Below, in pieces: positions 21,357-31,067 of a DNA stretch of 64,000 nt. The stretch spans positions 8,902-72,901 of the forward strand of contig CAZIJZ010000010.1 in NCBI GenBank assembly GCA_964539765.1, written 5' to 3'. A program made the position numbers and the translations under genes. The first letter of the stretch is position 1. Every line of letters starts with the position of its first letter. The notes beneath the pieces are model-generated. The model saw nothing but the letters and a program-made list of their open reading frames with translations. It searched no databases and was not told where the DNA came from. The DNA is from an uncultured Smithella sp. (lineage in GTDB: Bacteria; Desulfobacterota; Syntrophia; Syntrophales; Smithellaceae).

Positions 21357-22172
21357 ATGGAAAGTGCAATTGCCCGCGCGATTCAATTAAAATATCAGCC
21401 TGTGGCGCTGATTTGGTCCGATGAAAAGCCGGCGGATGCCATGCAGTTTTCCGAAGGTAAATGGGGCTGTGTCATGTGGCTGGCTGTTCACGCTGCCAAA
21501 GGACGTGCGGCTGTTGCTGATAGAAAAACATTCGGCTGTTTCGGCGGCGGTGTGGGACTCGGATTCGGCAACCAGTACAAAAGTTTTCCCGGCGGTGAAG
21601 AAGGTTTTTGTCATTTTCTTTCCAGCGGCAATGCCGAACGCAAAGGCGGTATGGAAACTGCTGAAAAGATAAAACCGTTTATGACCAAAGAAAGTTATGA
21701 TAATTTTCTCCATGGCGAGTGCTATATTAAAAGCCCGGAGCTTGTTCAAAAGTTTCTCAACAGCCTGCCCTTAACCGACATATCCGCAAAATACGTTATT
21801 TTTAAACCCCTGTCCGATATTGAGACTGCCGGGGAAAAACCGCAAACGGTCATTTTTTTCGTCAATCCCGATCAGTTGTCCGCTTTGACCGTTCTGGCCA
21901 ATTACGGACGCGGCAATAACGAAAATGTCATTATGCCTTATGCTGCCGGTTGCCAGAACATCGGTATTTACCCGTACCGGGAATCAAAATCAAAAAATCC
22001 GCGCGCGGTTGTCGGCCTGACCGACCTGTCTGCCCGGGTATATGTCCGCAAGCTGTTGGGAGATCCCAACTTGATGACATTTGCCGTGCCTTTTTCTCTC
22101 TTTAACGAAATGGAGCAAAACGTTCCCGGCTCTTTTCTGGAGCGTCATACCTGGCAGAGTTTGTTGTCTTAA
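21357..22172 (+). CDS. DUF169-like protein (uncharacterised)
   Basis: 271 aa. The N-terminal pattern PVAL.WSD.KP......F.EG.WGC......A..G......D...FGCFGGG.GLGFG recalls the DUF169/COG2043 family. Assignment is from memory. Confidence 0.5.
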   Translation: MESAIARAIQLKYQPVALIWSDEKPADAMQFSEGKWGCVMWLAVHAAKGRAAVADRKTFGCFGGGVGLGFGNQYKSFPGGEEGFCHFLSSGNAERKGGMETAEKIKPFMTKESYDNFLHGECYIKSPELVQKFLNSLPLTDISAKYVIFKPLSDIETAGEKPQTVIFFVNPDQLSALTVLANYGRGNNENVIMPYAAGCQNIGIYPYRESKSKNPRAVVGLTDLSARVYVRKLLGDPNLMTFAVPFSLFNEMEQNVPGSFLERHTWQSLLS

Positions 22173-22293
22173 AGCAAATAATATCGGCTTACGAAAAACG
22201 CGATAATTTAATTGCCTGCCCGAATAAGGTGTGGTAGCTTACTGCATATCGAATAATCCAATATAAAAATATTTGAATATCAATAACATAGCC

Positions 22294-23616
22294 ATGAAAT
22301 CGGACAAGCCAAATTCTTTTGCCTATCTGGAAAGCCTGAACGTCGATAAGATGCGTTTTGGTCTCAAAGCCATCAGGGAGCTTTTATTACGTCTGGGAAA
22401 TCCGCAAAAATCATACAGAACAATAATCATCGCCGGAACAAACGGCAAGGGGTCAACCGCGGCAATGACCGCTTCCATTCTGCGCAGCGCCGGTTACAGC
22501 GTCGGGCTTTATACCTCACCGCATTTAATTGATGTCAGGGAAAGGATCGTTGTCGGCGGGAGGAAAATATCTATAAAAGACTTTAACCGGACGATTGCCG
22601 ATGTGAGGAATCAAGTCAAACAGGCGGTGAGTTACTTTGAGTTTCTTACTGCAGTGGCCTTGGTGTATTTTCAGAAACAGAAAGTAGATATTGCCGTGCT
22701 GGAAGTCGGTTTGGGCGGGAGGCTGGACGCGACAAATATCTGCAAGCCGTTCGTTTCGGTTATCACGAATATCAATTTTGATCACACGGCGTATCTGGGC
22801 GACACCCTGGAATCCATTGCCCGTGAAAAAGCCGGTATCATCAAGCAAAACGGCCTCTGCCTGACAGCGGCAAAACAAAAAAAAGTTCTGCGCGTGTTGG
22901 AAGAGGTTTGTCTGAACCGACGGGCAACGTTATGCGTGCTGGGGCGTGATATAAAGATAAAAAAACAGAAGGATGGCTCTTTTCATTATTACGGGCTGAA
23001 TCGTCATCTGAAAAATCTGACCATTCCTCTGCGGGGCGGGCATCAGTTGTTCAATGCAGCGCTGGCTTTGGCGGCAGTTGAAATAGGTGAAAAGAAGGGA
23101 CTCGTCGTCGGCACTGAGGTCATTTATCGGGGACTCGAAAATACCCGTTGGGAAGGGAGACTGGAGGTCCTTCAGCAACACCCTCTGTTCCTGCTTGATG
23201 GCGCTCATAATCCTGCCGGGATTGACACCCTGTGCCGATCCTTGAAAAAGGATTTTGTATTTCGCCGTTTGATTATTATTTTTGGAGCCCTTGCCGATAA
23301 GGATTATCAGAAAATGCTTGGGACATTATGCCCTCTTGCCTGGAAAATCATAGTGACGCAAATAAACGCCAGACGGGCCGTCCCGGTGAACGAATTGAAA
23401 GCAACAGCCCATGAAACGGGTTGTGCCGTCGTGATGACTGGAAATGTGCGACAGGCAGTCAAACAGGCGCTGGTGCTGGCCGGGCAAGAAGATCTAATCT
23501 GCGCTACGGGGTCCTTTTATCTTGCCGGAGAAATAAAACAGGCGTTTCCTAAAACGTCCTTATGTGATAATGAAAACAAGCAGAGAAAATCGGCCGTAAA
23601 AATCAAAAAGAAATAA
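22294..23616 (+). CDS. folC: Bifunctional folylpolyglutamate synthase / dihydrofolate synthase
   Basis: Mur-ligase family. YLESL......GL..I.ELL.RLGNPQ......IAGTNGKGST (P-loop), LEVGLGGRLDATN, HNP.G. Start is uncertain: the ATG at 22294 is chosen, and the ORF-track TTG at 22273 is possible. Ends in a Lys-rich tail. Confidence 0.88.
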   Translation: MKSDKPNSFAYLESLNVDKMRFGLKAIRELLLRLGNPQKSYRTIIIAGTNGKGSTAAMTASILRSAGYSVGLYTSPHLIDVRERIVVGGRKISIKDFNRTIADVRNQVKQAVSYFEFLTAVALVYFQKQKVDIAVLEVGLGGRLDATNICKPFVSVITNINFDHTAYLGDTLESIAREKAGIIKQNGLCLTAAKQKKVLRVLEEVCLNRRATLCVLGRDIKIKKQKDGSFHYYGLNRHLKNLTIPLRGGHQLFNAALALAAVEIGEKKGLVVGTEVIYRGLENTRWEGRLEVLQQHPLFLLDGAHNPAGIDTLCRSLKKDFVFRRLIIIFGALADKDYQKMLGTLCPLAWKIIVTQINARRAVPVNELKATAHETGCAVVMTGNVRQAVKQALVLAGQEDLICATGSFYLAGEIKQAFPKTSLCDNENKQRKSAVKIKKK

Positions 23617-23629
23617 AGACAAATAGCTG

Positions 23630-25951
23630 ATGGAAATGAAAATTACGACAGACCATAACATCATTTTTACCGGGAGGTTATTTCAAAATACTTTCCTGTC
23701 CGTTTTTCTTCTGGTGACCGTCCTGTTGACGCCGTTTTCATCAGCCTATGCCGCAAGCAGCACGCCGAATAAAGAGAACGCAACCCGCGTTCAGAAAAAG
23801 ATCGCTTCAAAAGATATCCCCGCCGATCAAAAAAGTCCGATCAACATCGAGGCCGACCTGATGGACTACAATCATGAAAGCGATGTGTACCGTGCCAGCG
23901 GCAACGTAGCCATATTTTACGGCGGATCGTCTCTTTGGGCCGATGAAGTGGATTTGGATAACAAAAATAATACAGCCAGGGCGCAGGGCAACGCTTTTCT
24001 AAGGATGGGAGAAGATACGCTGAGGGGCGAGCGGATTATCTTTAATCTTGAAGATAAAACCGGAGCCGCTTATCAGGCCGATGTCTTTTATGCGAGAAAC
24101 AACTTTCATGTCCGGGGCGATAAAATTGAAAAGACGGGAGAAAATACATATTTTATAAACCAGCCGTCGGCGACCACCTGTGACGGTGATGATCCGGACT
24201 GGGCGATCGCCGGCAGCGAAATGAAGGTGACCATCGAGGGTTACGGTTCGATGAAGAACGCGTGCTTTCGGGTCAGAAGCATTCCCCTGTTCTATTCTCC
24301 CTATATTATTTTCCCGGCGAAGACGAGACGACAGACCGGTTTTTTGCTGCCTTATCTGGCGTATTCCCGCGATAAAGACGGCATCGATGTGGAGCTTCCT
24401 TTTTTCTGGGCCATTTCTCCTCAGATGGATGCGACGTTTTATCAGCGTTACATTGAAAAAAGAGGATTTAAAGAAGGGGCGGAATTCAGATATGACTTCG
24501 GCCATAAATCCTTCGGCACTTTTTACGGGGATTATCTGGAGGATACAAAGCGGGTGACGGAAACAGCGGATGAAGCAACAAAACGGGACTGGCAGGGGAC
24601 GAACAAACGCTGGTCTTATTACCTGCATCATCAGACCGAATTCGATTCTCAGTTTTATCTCCGAACGGATCTGAAAAAGGTGTCCGACAAATGGTATTTC
24701 AGGGATTTTTCGGCTCACAATTATTATCGTGACCATTTCAACAGTGCTTCTGAAGACCGTTTTCAGAATGTATCTTTCGAAGGAGACAAGTCTCTGCGAT
24801 ATCTGGAATCAACCGTTCGTTTATATAAAGGGTGGTCCAATTACAATGTGACGGGTTTAATCAATGCGGCTGACGATTTTGCCGCAGTTAACAATGACCG
24901 GACGCTGCAAAGATATCCGGAAATCAGTATCACCGGCGCCAAACTGCCCTTGATGAATACGCCTTTTTATTATGAGCTTTCCGGCCATTACGATTATTTA
25001 TACAGAAAGGAAGGCGATAAGGGACACTTTGCCGATTTGTCGCCATCCGTTTCCATGCCGGTTAATATCTCCGATTACGTCAGAATCATTCCTCAGTTTA
25101 CATTCAAAGAAACATTCTGGAGCCGGGATGACGATGAAAACGGTTTGAAAGAAAAAACGGATGACCGCGCTGTTTATAACGCTTCGGTGTCTCTCGGCAG
25201 TCAGCTTTCCCGGGTATTTGATCTCAATATGAAACATTGGGAAAAAATCAGACACGAGATTAAACCGGAAATCATCTACTCCTATGTGCCGAACATTTCC
25301 GCGGAGGACGTGCCTGATTATTACCTGCCGGCGTCATCGTCATTTGTCATGCCGCTGACAACTTTATCGAACGATACTTTGAACGAACAGAATGCCGTTG
25401 CCTGGTCGCTGACCAATACGCTGACGGCGAAGGTTCAAGATGAAAACGGCGCTTTCAGTTATCTGGAATTTCTTCGTCTGAAGTTGTTTCAGACTTACGA
25501 TATTGATGAGGCCCGGAGAGACAGGGAACGAAAGTCTCCGGAGAGAAGGCCTTTCTCCGACATGGGGATTGAATTCGATTTTAATCCCCATAAATACCTT
25601 TCTTTCCGGGTGCGCGACAAATATAATGTATACAGCGGATGGAAACAAAACAGTTATGATTTGAGCGTCAGAGACTGGCGCGGTGATTCGCTCCTGGTGG
25701 CTTACCGGAATACCAAGGATTTGGTCGAGGAAATCAATCTGGGTGTGAAGGCCGTCATTACCGATCATCTCTACAGCACTTTTGTTCTGAAACGCGACCT
25801 GCATCATTCCCGGAAAATAGAAAATTCGCTGGGGTTTGTTTATCACAAACAATGCTGGAGTCTGGGTTTCGATCTGACCGATACGGATGATGACGTCAGA
25901 TTCCTGTTCAGAATATCCCTGGCCGGTTTTGGAAAATCAGGAAATAAATAA
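23630..25951 (+). CDS. lptD: LPS-assembly outer-membrane protein LptD (OstA family)
   Basis: Signal peptide ending SSAYA/AS. OstA-like N-terminal domain (I.IEAD.M.Y......Y.ASGNV.......L.AD.V.LD). A large C-terminal beta-barrel region rich in aromatic-x-aromatic strands. 773 aa. Confidence 0.85.
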   Translation: MEMKITTDHNIIFTGRLFQNTFLSVFLLVTVLLTPFSSAYAASSTPNKENATRVQKKIASKDIPADQKSPINIEADLMDYNHESDVYRASGNVAIFYGGSSLWADEVDLDNKNNTARAQGNAFLRMGEDTLRGERIIFNLEDKTGAAYQADVFYARNNFHVRGDKIEKTGENTYFINQPSATTCDGDDPDWAIAGSEMKVTIEGYGSMKNACFRVRSIPLFYSPYIIFPAKTRRQTGFLLPYLAYSRDKDGIDVELPFFWAISPQMDATFYQRYIEKRGFKEGAEFRYDFGHKSFGTFYGDYLEDTKRVTETADEATKRDWQGTNKRWSYYLHHQTEFDSQFYLRTDLKKVSDKWYFRDFSAHNYYRDHFNSASEDRFQNVSFEGDKSLRYLESTVRLYKGWSNYNVTGLINAADDFAAVNNDRTLQRYPEISITGAKLPLMNTPFYYELSGHYDYLYRKEGDKGHFADLSPSVSMPVNISDYVRIIPQFTFKETFWSRDDDENGLKEKTDDRAVYNASVSLGSQLSRVFDLNMKHWEKIRHEIKPEIIYSYVPNISAEDVPDYYLPASSSFVMPLTTLSNDTLNEQNAVAWSLTNTLTAKVQDENGAFSYLEFLRLKLFQTYDIDEARRDRERKSPERRPFSDMGIEFDFNPHKYLSFRVRDKYNVYSGWKQNSYDLSVRDWRGDSLLVAYRNTKDLVEEINLGVKAVITDHLYSTFVLKRDLHHSRKIENSLGFVYHKQCWSLGFDLTDTDDDVRFLFRISLAGFGKSGNK

Positions 25952-25974
25952 AAAATGGACCGGCTTGAAATCAT

Positions 25975-25998
25975 CTCTTGAGCGGATTTGCTCGAGAG
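25975..25998 (+). terminator. Hairpin downstream of lptD (possible terminator, no U-tract)
   Basis: CTCTTGAGC / GCTCGAGAG forms 9 bp (one G-U) with loop GGATTT. It is not followed by a T run. Confidence 0.3.
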
Positions 25999-26049
25999 TA
26001 ATCATCTTCAAATATAAAATATCCGTAAAAACTATGCTTTAAGGGTAAC

Positions 26050-27570
26050 ATGGATACGTTCATTTTAGCCGCAACCAGCTTTATTATTGCCGTTTCCCTG
26101 ATGATGACCGGCAAAAAAGACAAGCTGCAGGCTTCTTTCGCCGGTTTATGCGCGGTTGTCTTTATCTCTCAGATCGCAATCAGTCTTGAAAATATTTTTC
26201 ATGATGAAATATTTTCCACGCTTAAATATCTGGGAGAGCTGGCCATTGCACCGGCGGCGCTTTTATTTTTTCATTATCTGACCCGGCACAAATCGATCCT
26301 GTCGCGAAAGATTTTTATTTTCTTTATTCTGGCCAGTCTCTGCGGTGCCCTGATGGTGTTTATGCCGTTATCCGGGATGGATTATTTTCATGCCGCCATC
26401 ATTGCGTACATGCTTTCCGCTTTGGTGGTTTGTTATGCGGGTTTGATGTGGTATGTAAAAAAGTTGCCGCCGGGAACAGAAAAACGACGTTTTGGTTATT
26501 TGCTTTTTGCCTGTCCCAGCGCGTTGATTCTGGGTAATCTGGATTTATTGAATTTCTGGGGATCGCATCTTCCGGTTATCAACGGGATGGTTTTATCCAT
26601 TCTGTTATATTTTATTCTGCTGATCGTCGCTTATCCGCAGCTGCGTGAACTTCATGATTTCTTCGCGCGTTCCCTGGTGATTTTTATCAGCACCGTGACG
26701 GGCGCCGTTATTTTTTACTTCGCGGCGTCTGTTTTCGGCGGCACCCCCCTGCCGTTGACGGGGTTATTGCTGGCCTCTTTCCTGCTGGTTATTTCTTTAT
26801 CTCCGCTGAAGATGATTTTGAAAAAGATATTCAGTTACTTTTATCCGGATAGCCGGGATGTTTTTACGTCTCTGTACGAATTTGACGAAAAGCTGGAAAG
26901 GGAAAAAGCCCTGATGCTGGCGGAGATGGCCCCGGTGTTCGCCCATGAAATCCGTAATCCGCTTGGCTCCATCAAGGGGGCGGCACAATATCTGAAAGAA
27001 GAAGCAACCACCGATGAACAGCGGGAGCTGTTAAACGTTATTGTCGAGGGAACCGACAGACTCAATACAGTTGTCAGTAAATTTCTGGATTACGCGCGAC
27101 CGTATCAATTCAATCTTAAATTTCAGAACGTCAATGCGATTATTCAAAAAGCTGTTTCGATTGTCGCTGCAAACAAGCTGGTGGAAAAAATTAAAATCAT
27201 TCAGGATCTGGATGATGGTCTTCCCGATGTCGAACTGGATGAACAGCAATTTATGCAGGTGATCTTGAACATAGCCTTAAACGCGATAGAATCAATGCCG
27301 CATGGAGGAACCCTTGCCTTCCGAACGTCCGGAGGAAAATCTGCTGTGGAAGACGAAATAACGGTAACCATTGGCGATACGGGTTCCGGAATCAACAAAA
27401 ACGATTTGAAGGATATTTTTAAGCCGTTTTTCACGACGAAAGAAAGAGGGGTCGGGTTGGGATTGGCCATCTGCCAGAAAATTATCAAAGAACACGGCGG
27501 CAGTATCAGCGTGCAGTCATCGGTTGCCCGGGGTACCGTGTTTGTCATTAAGCTGAAGATAACGGGCTAG
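26050..27570 (+). CDS. Membrane sensor histidine kinase (NtrB/AtoS-like)
   Basis: About 6-7 predicted TM helices at the N-terminus. H-box FAHEIRNPLGSIKG. N-box LNIALNAIES. G1 DTGSGI. G2 GVGLGLAICQKII.EHGG. Confidence 0.9.
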   Translation: MDTFILAATSFIIAVSLMMTGKKDKLQASFAGLCAVVFISQIAISLENIFHDEIFSTLKYLGELAIAPAALLFFHYLTRHKSILSRKIFIFFILASLCGALMVFMPLSGMDYFHAAIIAYMLSALVVCYAGLMWYVKKLPPGTEKRRFGYLLFACPSALILGNLDLLNFWGSHLPVINGMVLSILLYFILLIVAYPQLRELHDFFARSLVIFISTVTGAVIFYFAASVFGGTPLPLTGLLLASFLLVISLSPLKMILKKIFSYFYPDSRDVFTSLYEFDEKLEREKALMLAEMAPVFAHEIRNPLGSIKGAAQYLKEEATTDEQRELLNVIVEGTDRLNTVVSKFLDYARPYQFNLKFQNVNAIIQKAVSIVAANKLVEKIKIIQDLDDGLPDVELDEQQFMQVILNIALNAIESMPHGGTLAFRTSGGKSAVEDEITVTIGDTGSGINKNDLKDIFKPFFTTKERGVGLGLAICQKIIKEHGGSISVQSSVARGTVFVIKLKITG

Positions 27571-27625
27571 AAATCGGTAACAATCACCCTTGATAAAAGT
27601 TTCAAAGCGTAATATCTGAAAGCCT

Positions 27626-28999
27626 ATGAAAAAAATTTTGATCGTTGACGATGAACTGAATATGCGGCTGGTTTTGTCCGCCATGTTGAAAAAAGAAGGG
27701 TTTGACGTCTCGTCTGCTTCCAACGGGCGCGAAGCGCTGCAGGTTCTTCAATCGAACCGTTTTGCCGTGGTGATTACCGACTTGAAAATGCCGGATATTG
27801 ACGGCATGAAGCTCCTGTCCTGTATTTCCGAGCAGCATCCGGAAGTACCGGTGATTATGATTACCGCACACGGTACGATTGCCACCGCTGTGGAAGCCCT
27901 GAAAAAAGGCGCTTTTGATTATATCACCAAGCCTTTTGATCTTGATGATTTGAAAAATATTATTTCCAAAGCGGTTAAGACAAGCGCCCTGAAAGAAAAT
28001 GAATTGTTTTTGACGCCCTCGGAGCTTGATCGTCTGGGGATCATTGGCACAAGCCCCAGAATCATGGAGATTTTTGAAGCCATTAAACGGGTGGCTCCGA
28101 CCACTACAACGGTGATGATCACCGGAGAAACGGGAACGGGCAAGGAACTGGTCGCTGATGCGATTCATTATAATTCCCCGCGTAAAAAGAATCCGCTGAT
28201 TAAAATCAATTGCGCCGCTATTGCGGAAACTCTGATGGAGAGTGAACTATTCGGTTATGAAAAAGGAGCCTATACAGGTGCCGCTGTGACCAAGCCCGGT
28301 AAATTTGAACTTGCGCATAAAGGTACGCTTTTTCTTGATGAAGTGGCTGAGATCCCGCGCGAAATGCAGGTAAAATTATTGCGTGTTCTTCAGGAACAGG
28401 CGTTTGAGAGGGTCGGCGGATTACGCACCATCAAGGTGGATGTGCGAATTATTGCCGCAACAAACCAGAACCTTTTCCGGCAGGTGCAGGCGGGAAACTT
28501 TCGGGAAGATTTGTACTATCGGCTCAATGTTTTTCCGATCGATATTCCGCCGCTACGGGAAAGAAAGGAAGACATCCCGCCTCTGGTCGATTATTTTCTG
28601 GAGAAATTTAACAAAAAACTAGGGCTTTCTGTGGGAATGAGTGACGACGTAAAAGCGATCCTTTTACGCCAAGAATGGCCGGGCAATATCCGCGAACTGG
28701 AAAATCTCATCGAGAGAATGATGCTTCTGGCGGAGAATAAACAGATTACCTCCCGGGAAGTTCCCGATGAATTTAAAATTCCCGTTGCTGAATTACAACC
28801 GCAAGCAGTCGGTGACGGCACGAAGCCTTTCAAAACCTATATGCGTGATCAGGTAGGAAATGTCGAGCGGCAGATGATTGTCAAGTGTCTTGAGGAATCG
28901 GACGGAAATATTACCCGGGCGGCCCAAAAAATGGGTCTCAGCCGAAAGGGATTGCAATTGAAGATGATAAAATATAATCTGCGCAAAGCGTTAAAATAA
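27626..28999 (+). CDS. Sigma-54-dependent response regulator (NtrC/AtoC family)
   Basis: Receiver domain (ILIVDDE...VITDLKMPDIDG). AAA+ domain GETGTGKE, ESELFGYEKGAYTGA (GAFTGA-type loop), LFLDE, RVIAATN-like. C-terminal Fis-type HTH NITRAAQKMGLSRKGLQLKM. Confidence 0.93.
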   Translation: MKKILIVDDELNMRLVLSAMLKKEGFDVSSASNGREALQVLQSNRFAVVITDLKMPDIDGMKLLSCISEQHPEVPVIMITAHGTIATAVEALKKGAFDYITKPFDLDDLKNIISKAVKTSALKENELFLTPSELDRLGIIGTSPRIMEIFEAIKRVAPTTTTVMITGETGTGKELVADAIHYNSPRKKNPLIKINCAAIAETLMESELFGYEKGAYTGAAVTKPGKFELAHKGTLFLDEVAEIPREMQVKLLRVLQEQAFERVGGLRTIKVDVRIIAATNQNLFRQVQAGNFREDLYYRLNVFPIDIPPLRERKEDIPPLVDYFLEKFNKKLGLSVGMSDDVKAILLRQEWPGNIRELENLIERMMLLAENKQITSREVPDEFKIPVAELQPQAVGDGTKPFKTYMRDQVGNVERQMIVKCLEESDGNITRAAQKMGLSRKGLQLKMIKYNLRKALK

Positions 29000-29040
29000 A
29001 AACATCCTGATTTTTTCATCCATTCCGCAGGAGGGATAAC

Positions 29041-29250
29041 ATGAATTTTAAAATCGGACTAATTGCAATTCTTGCTTTTATCGTTCTGATTTTTCTGGCT
29101 CAGAATATCGAGGTGCTAACCGTACATTTTTTATTCTGGGAAATGTCCATGTCGCGGGCGGTATTTTTGTTTTTTTCTGTGTTGATCGGGTTTATGATCG
29201 GCTGGTTCCTGCACAGTTATATTTCATACAGCAATCGGAAGAGGCTCTGA
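29041..29250 (+). CDS. LapA-domain small membrane protein (DUF1049-like)
   Basis: 69 aa with two TM helices. The pattern ..F..QN...V.V.F.FW.......V......IGF.IGW resembles the LapA/DUF1049 family. Confidence 0.6.
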   Translation: MNFKIGLIAILAFIVLIFLAQNIEVLTVHFLFWEMSMSRAVFLFFSVLIGFMIGWFLHSYISYSNRKRL

Positions 29251-29310
29251 AAAATACCGATGATTAATCTTTGCGGTGTTACAGATAGTACTTGACCGGT
29301 GGCCGGCCAG

Positions 29311-30153
29311 TCAATTTCTTAATCCATCATAAATATGCAGCACCGCCTGGACGTAAGCGTCGCTGTGATTATATGCATAAACAGCTTTGTATCTGCTGTT
29401 CCGGTTGTTCATATTTTCTCCGGACAGGCCGTTCTTATGAAGATAGTTTTCGATGCTGAAAATGGTATCTTCTATGGAAAACGGATCAATATCATCATTG
29501 ATTCCATGCTCGTCAACGAAGAAAAACAGCAGCGACGAAGGGATAAACTGTCCCCAACCGATGGCGCCGGCGTATGAACTTTTGAAGTACCATGGCGACT
29601 GGTCGGTCTTTCGCGAAAACCTGTAAAGCGCTGCAATTTCACGCACGGCAAATTTTTTCCGATCGGCAAAGATGTATTGGGATACCAGGGAATTGAAGGC
29701 GTAAAATTTTCCGCGGTAACGATGCTCGGCAAAGTTGGTTTCCATGCCGATGATGGCCGCAATCAGTTCCTTGTGGATTCCGTGCTTGGCTTCCGCACGC
29801 TTCAGAACGTCGGAATGATCCTCGACAAACGGTTTGCCTTTTTCGATTTTGGCATCTACACCCAGCCGGGCAAAGTACCATTCAACGGTCCGTTTTTTAT
29901 CACGATCCGTCTGCTTCTCCGCCGATTTTCTGAAATATTGATCCATGTTGGGGTGAAACCTGAAAGCATAATGATCAATTTGATCATCAAACCATTCGTT
30001 GGGCACTCCGTTGGCAGCCAGTTTCTGTTTTAATTCATGAATCCTGAGATTGATTACCGATTCAGGAATATTTTTAACCCGAACGTTTTCGGACGCACAT
30101 CCGATGAAAAGAAAAACAACAGAAACTGCAATGATTGATAATTTCAGATTCAT
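29311..30153 (-). CDS. Lytic murein transglycosylase (MltB/SLT_2 family) lipoprotein
   Basis: Lipobox VFLFIGC. Catalytic-region IIGMETNFA. GAIGWGQFIPSS resembles the MltB GAMGQ.QFMPSS motif. Confidence 0.85.
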   Translation of the reverse strand: MNLKLSIIAVSVVFLFIGCASENVRVKNIPESVINLRIHELKQKLAANGVPNEWFDDQIDHYAFRFHPNMDQYFRKSAEKQTDRDKKRTVEWYFARLGVDAKIEKGKPFVEDHSDVLKRAEAKHGIHKELIAAIIGMETNFAEHRYRGKFYAFNSLVSQYIFADRKKFAVREIAALYRFSRKTDQSPWYFKSSYAGAIGWGQFIPSSLLFFFVDEHGINDDIDPFSIEDTIFSIENYLHKNGLSGENMNNRNSRYKAVYAYNHSDAYVQAVLHIYDGLRN

Positions 30154-30339
30154 TTTACGTGACTCGCGCTGATTTTTTAATTTCTGAGTAGCCTATCTGT
30201 AGGAATGTTTACTCGATAATAAGCGGCATTGTCAAATCTTTTCGGGCAACACGATGAGATTGTTTTTTATATGCCTTCTTGTAATCGTGTTCAGGTTAAG
30301 GTATAAATTCCGGACTGATTGTCATACCGGGACTGAACC

Positions 30340-31053
30340 ATGCATCTGAAAGGCGTAATATTTCATTCCTTAAAATATCCGACAAACGATTGCTTTCCTT
30401 TCAATCTGCCGCTTTTTCAGGAAACAAAACAATTAATATTTGATGTCCCCGTGACGTTGTTTGCCGGAGAGAACGGTACGGGAAAATCAACGCTGCTTGA
30501 AGCGCTGGCTGCCGCCTGCAACATTCATATCTGGCGCGATACTCAAAGAATCAGACCGGATTACAATCCTTACGAAGATAAATTTCATCAGTATCTATCC
30601 GTGCGCTGGGTTGATGACAGTGTGCCCGGATCGTTTTTCGGTTCAAGGGTGTTTCAGTACTTTGCCGAACGTCTGGACGAATGGGGGGCCTCGGATCGTG
30701 GACAGTTGGACTATTTCGGCGGAAAGTCTCTGACCACGCAGTCGCATGGTCAGTCCCTGATGTCTTTTTTCCGCAGCCGCTATCGGATCAAAGGTCTCTA
30801 CCTTCTGGATGAACCGGAAACGGCTCTTTCGCCGCGTTCGCAATTGGAGCTTCTGGATATTGTGCAGGATATGAGCGCCGCGGGACATGCGCAGTTTATC
30901 ATTGCCACCCATTCGCCGCTTTTGCTGGCCTGTCCGCAGGCGGCAATTTATAGCTTTGATAATTCGCCTCTGCGAAAAATTTTGTACGAAGAAACTGAAC
31001 ATTACCGCATTTATAAAGATTTTATGCTGAATAGAAATAAATATCTGAAATAA
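30340..31053 (+). CDS. Stand-alone P-loop ATPase (ABC/SMC-like, AAA_21-type)
   Basis: Walker A GENGTGKSTLLEA, a Q-loop-like region, Walker B LYLLDEPETALSP, and an H-loop ATHSPLLL. 237 aa. No fused effector domain. Confidence 0.75.
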   Translation: MHLKGVIFHSLKYPTNDCFPFNLPLFQETKQLIFDVPVTLFAGENGTGKSTLLEALAAACNIHIWRDTQRIRPDYNPYEDKFHQYLSVRWVDDSVPGSFFGSRVFQYFAERLDEWGASDRGQLDYFGGKSLTTQSHGQSLMSFFRSRYRIKGLYLLDEPETALSPRSQLELLDIVQDMSAAGHAQFIIATHSPLLLACPQAAIYSFDNSPLRKILYEETEHYRIYKDFMLNRNKYLK

Positions 31054-31067
31054 AAAGAGGAAGAAAA

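Noticed and set aside
22248-22259. ATCGAATAATCC upstream of folC matches the element's 3' flank motif at 11/12.
   Set aside because: It has no adjacent hairpin, conserved loop or GAGAC. An isolated match of about 11 nt is within chance expectation for 128 kb of two-strand sequence.
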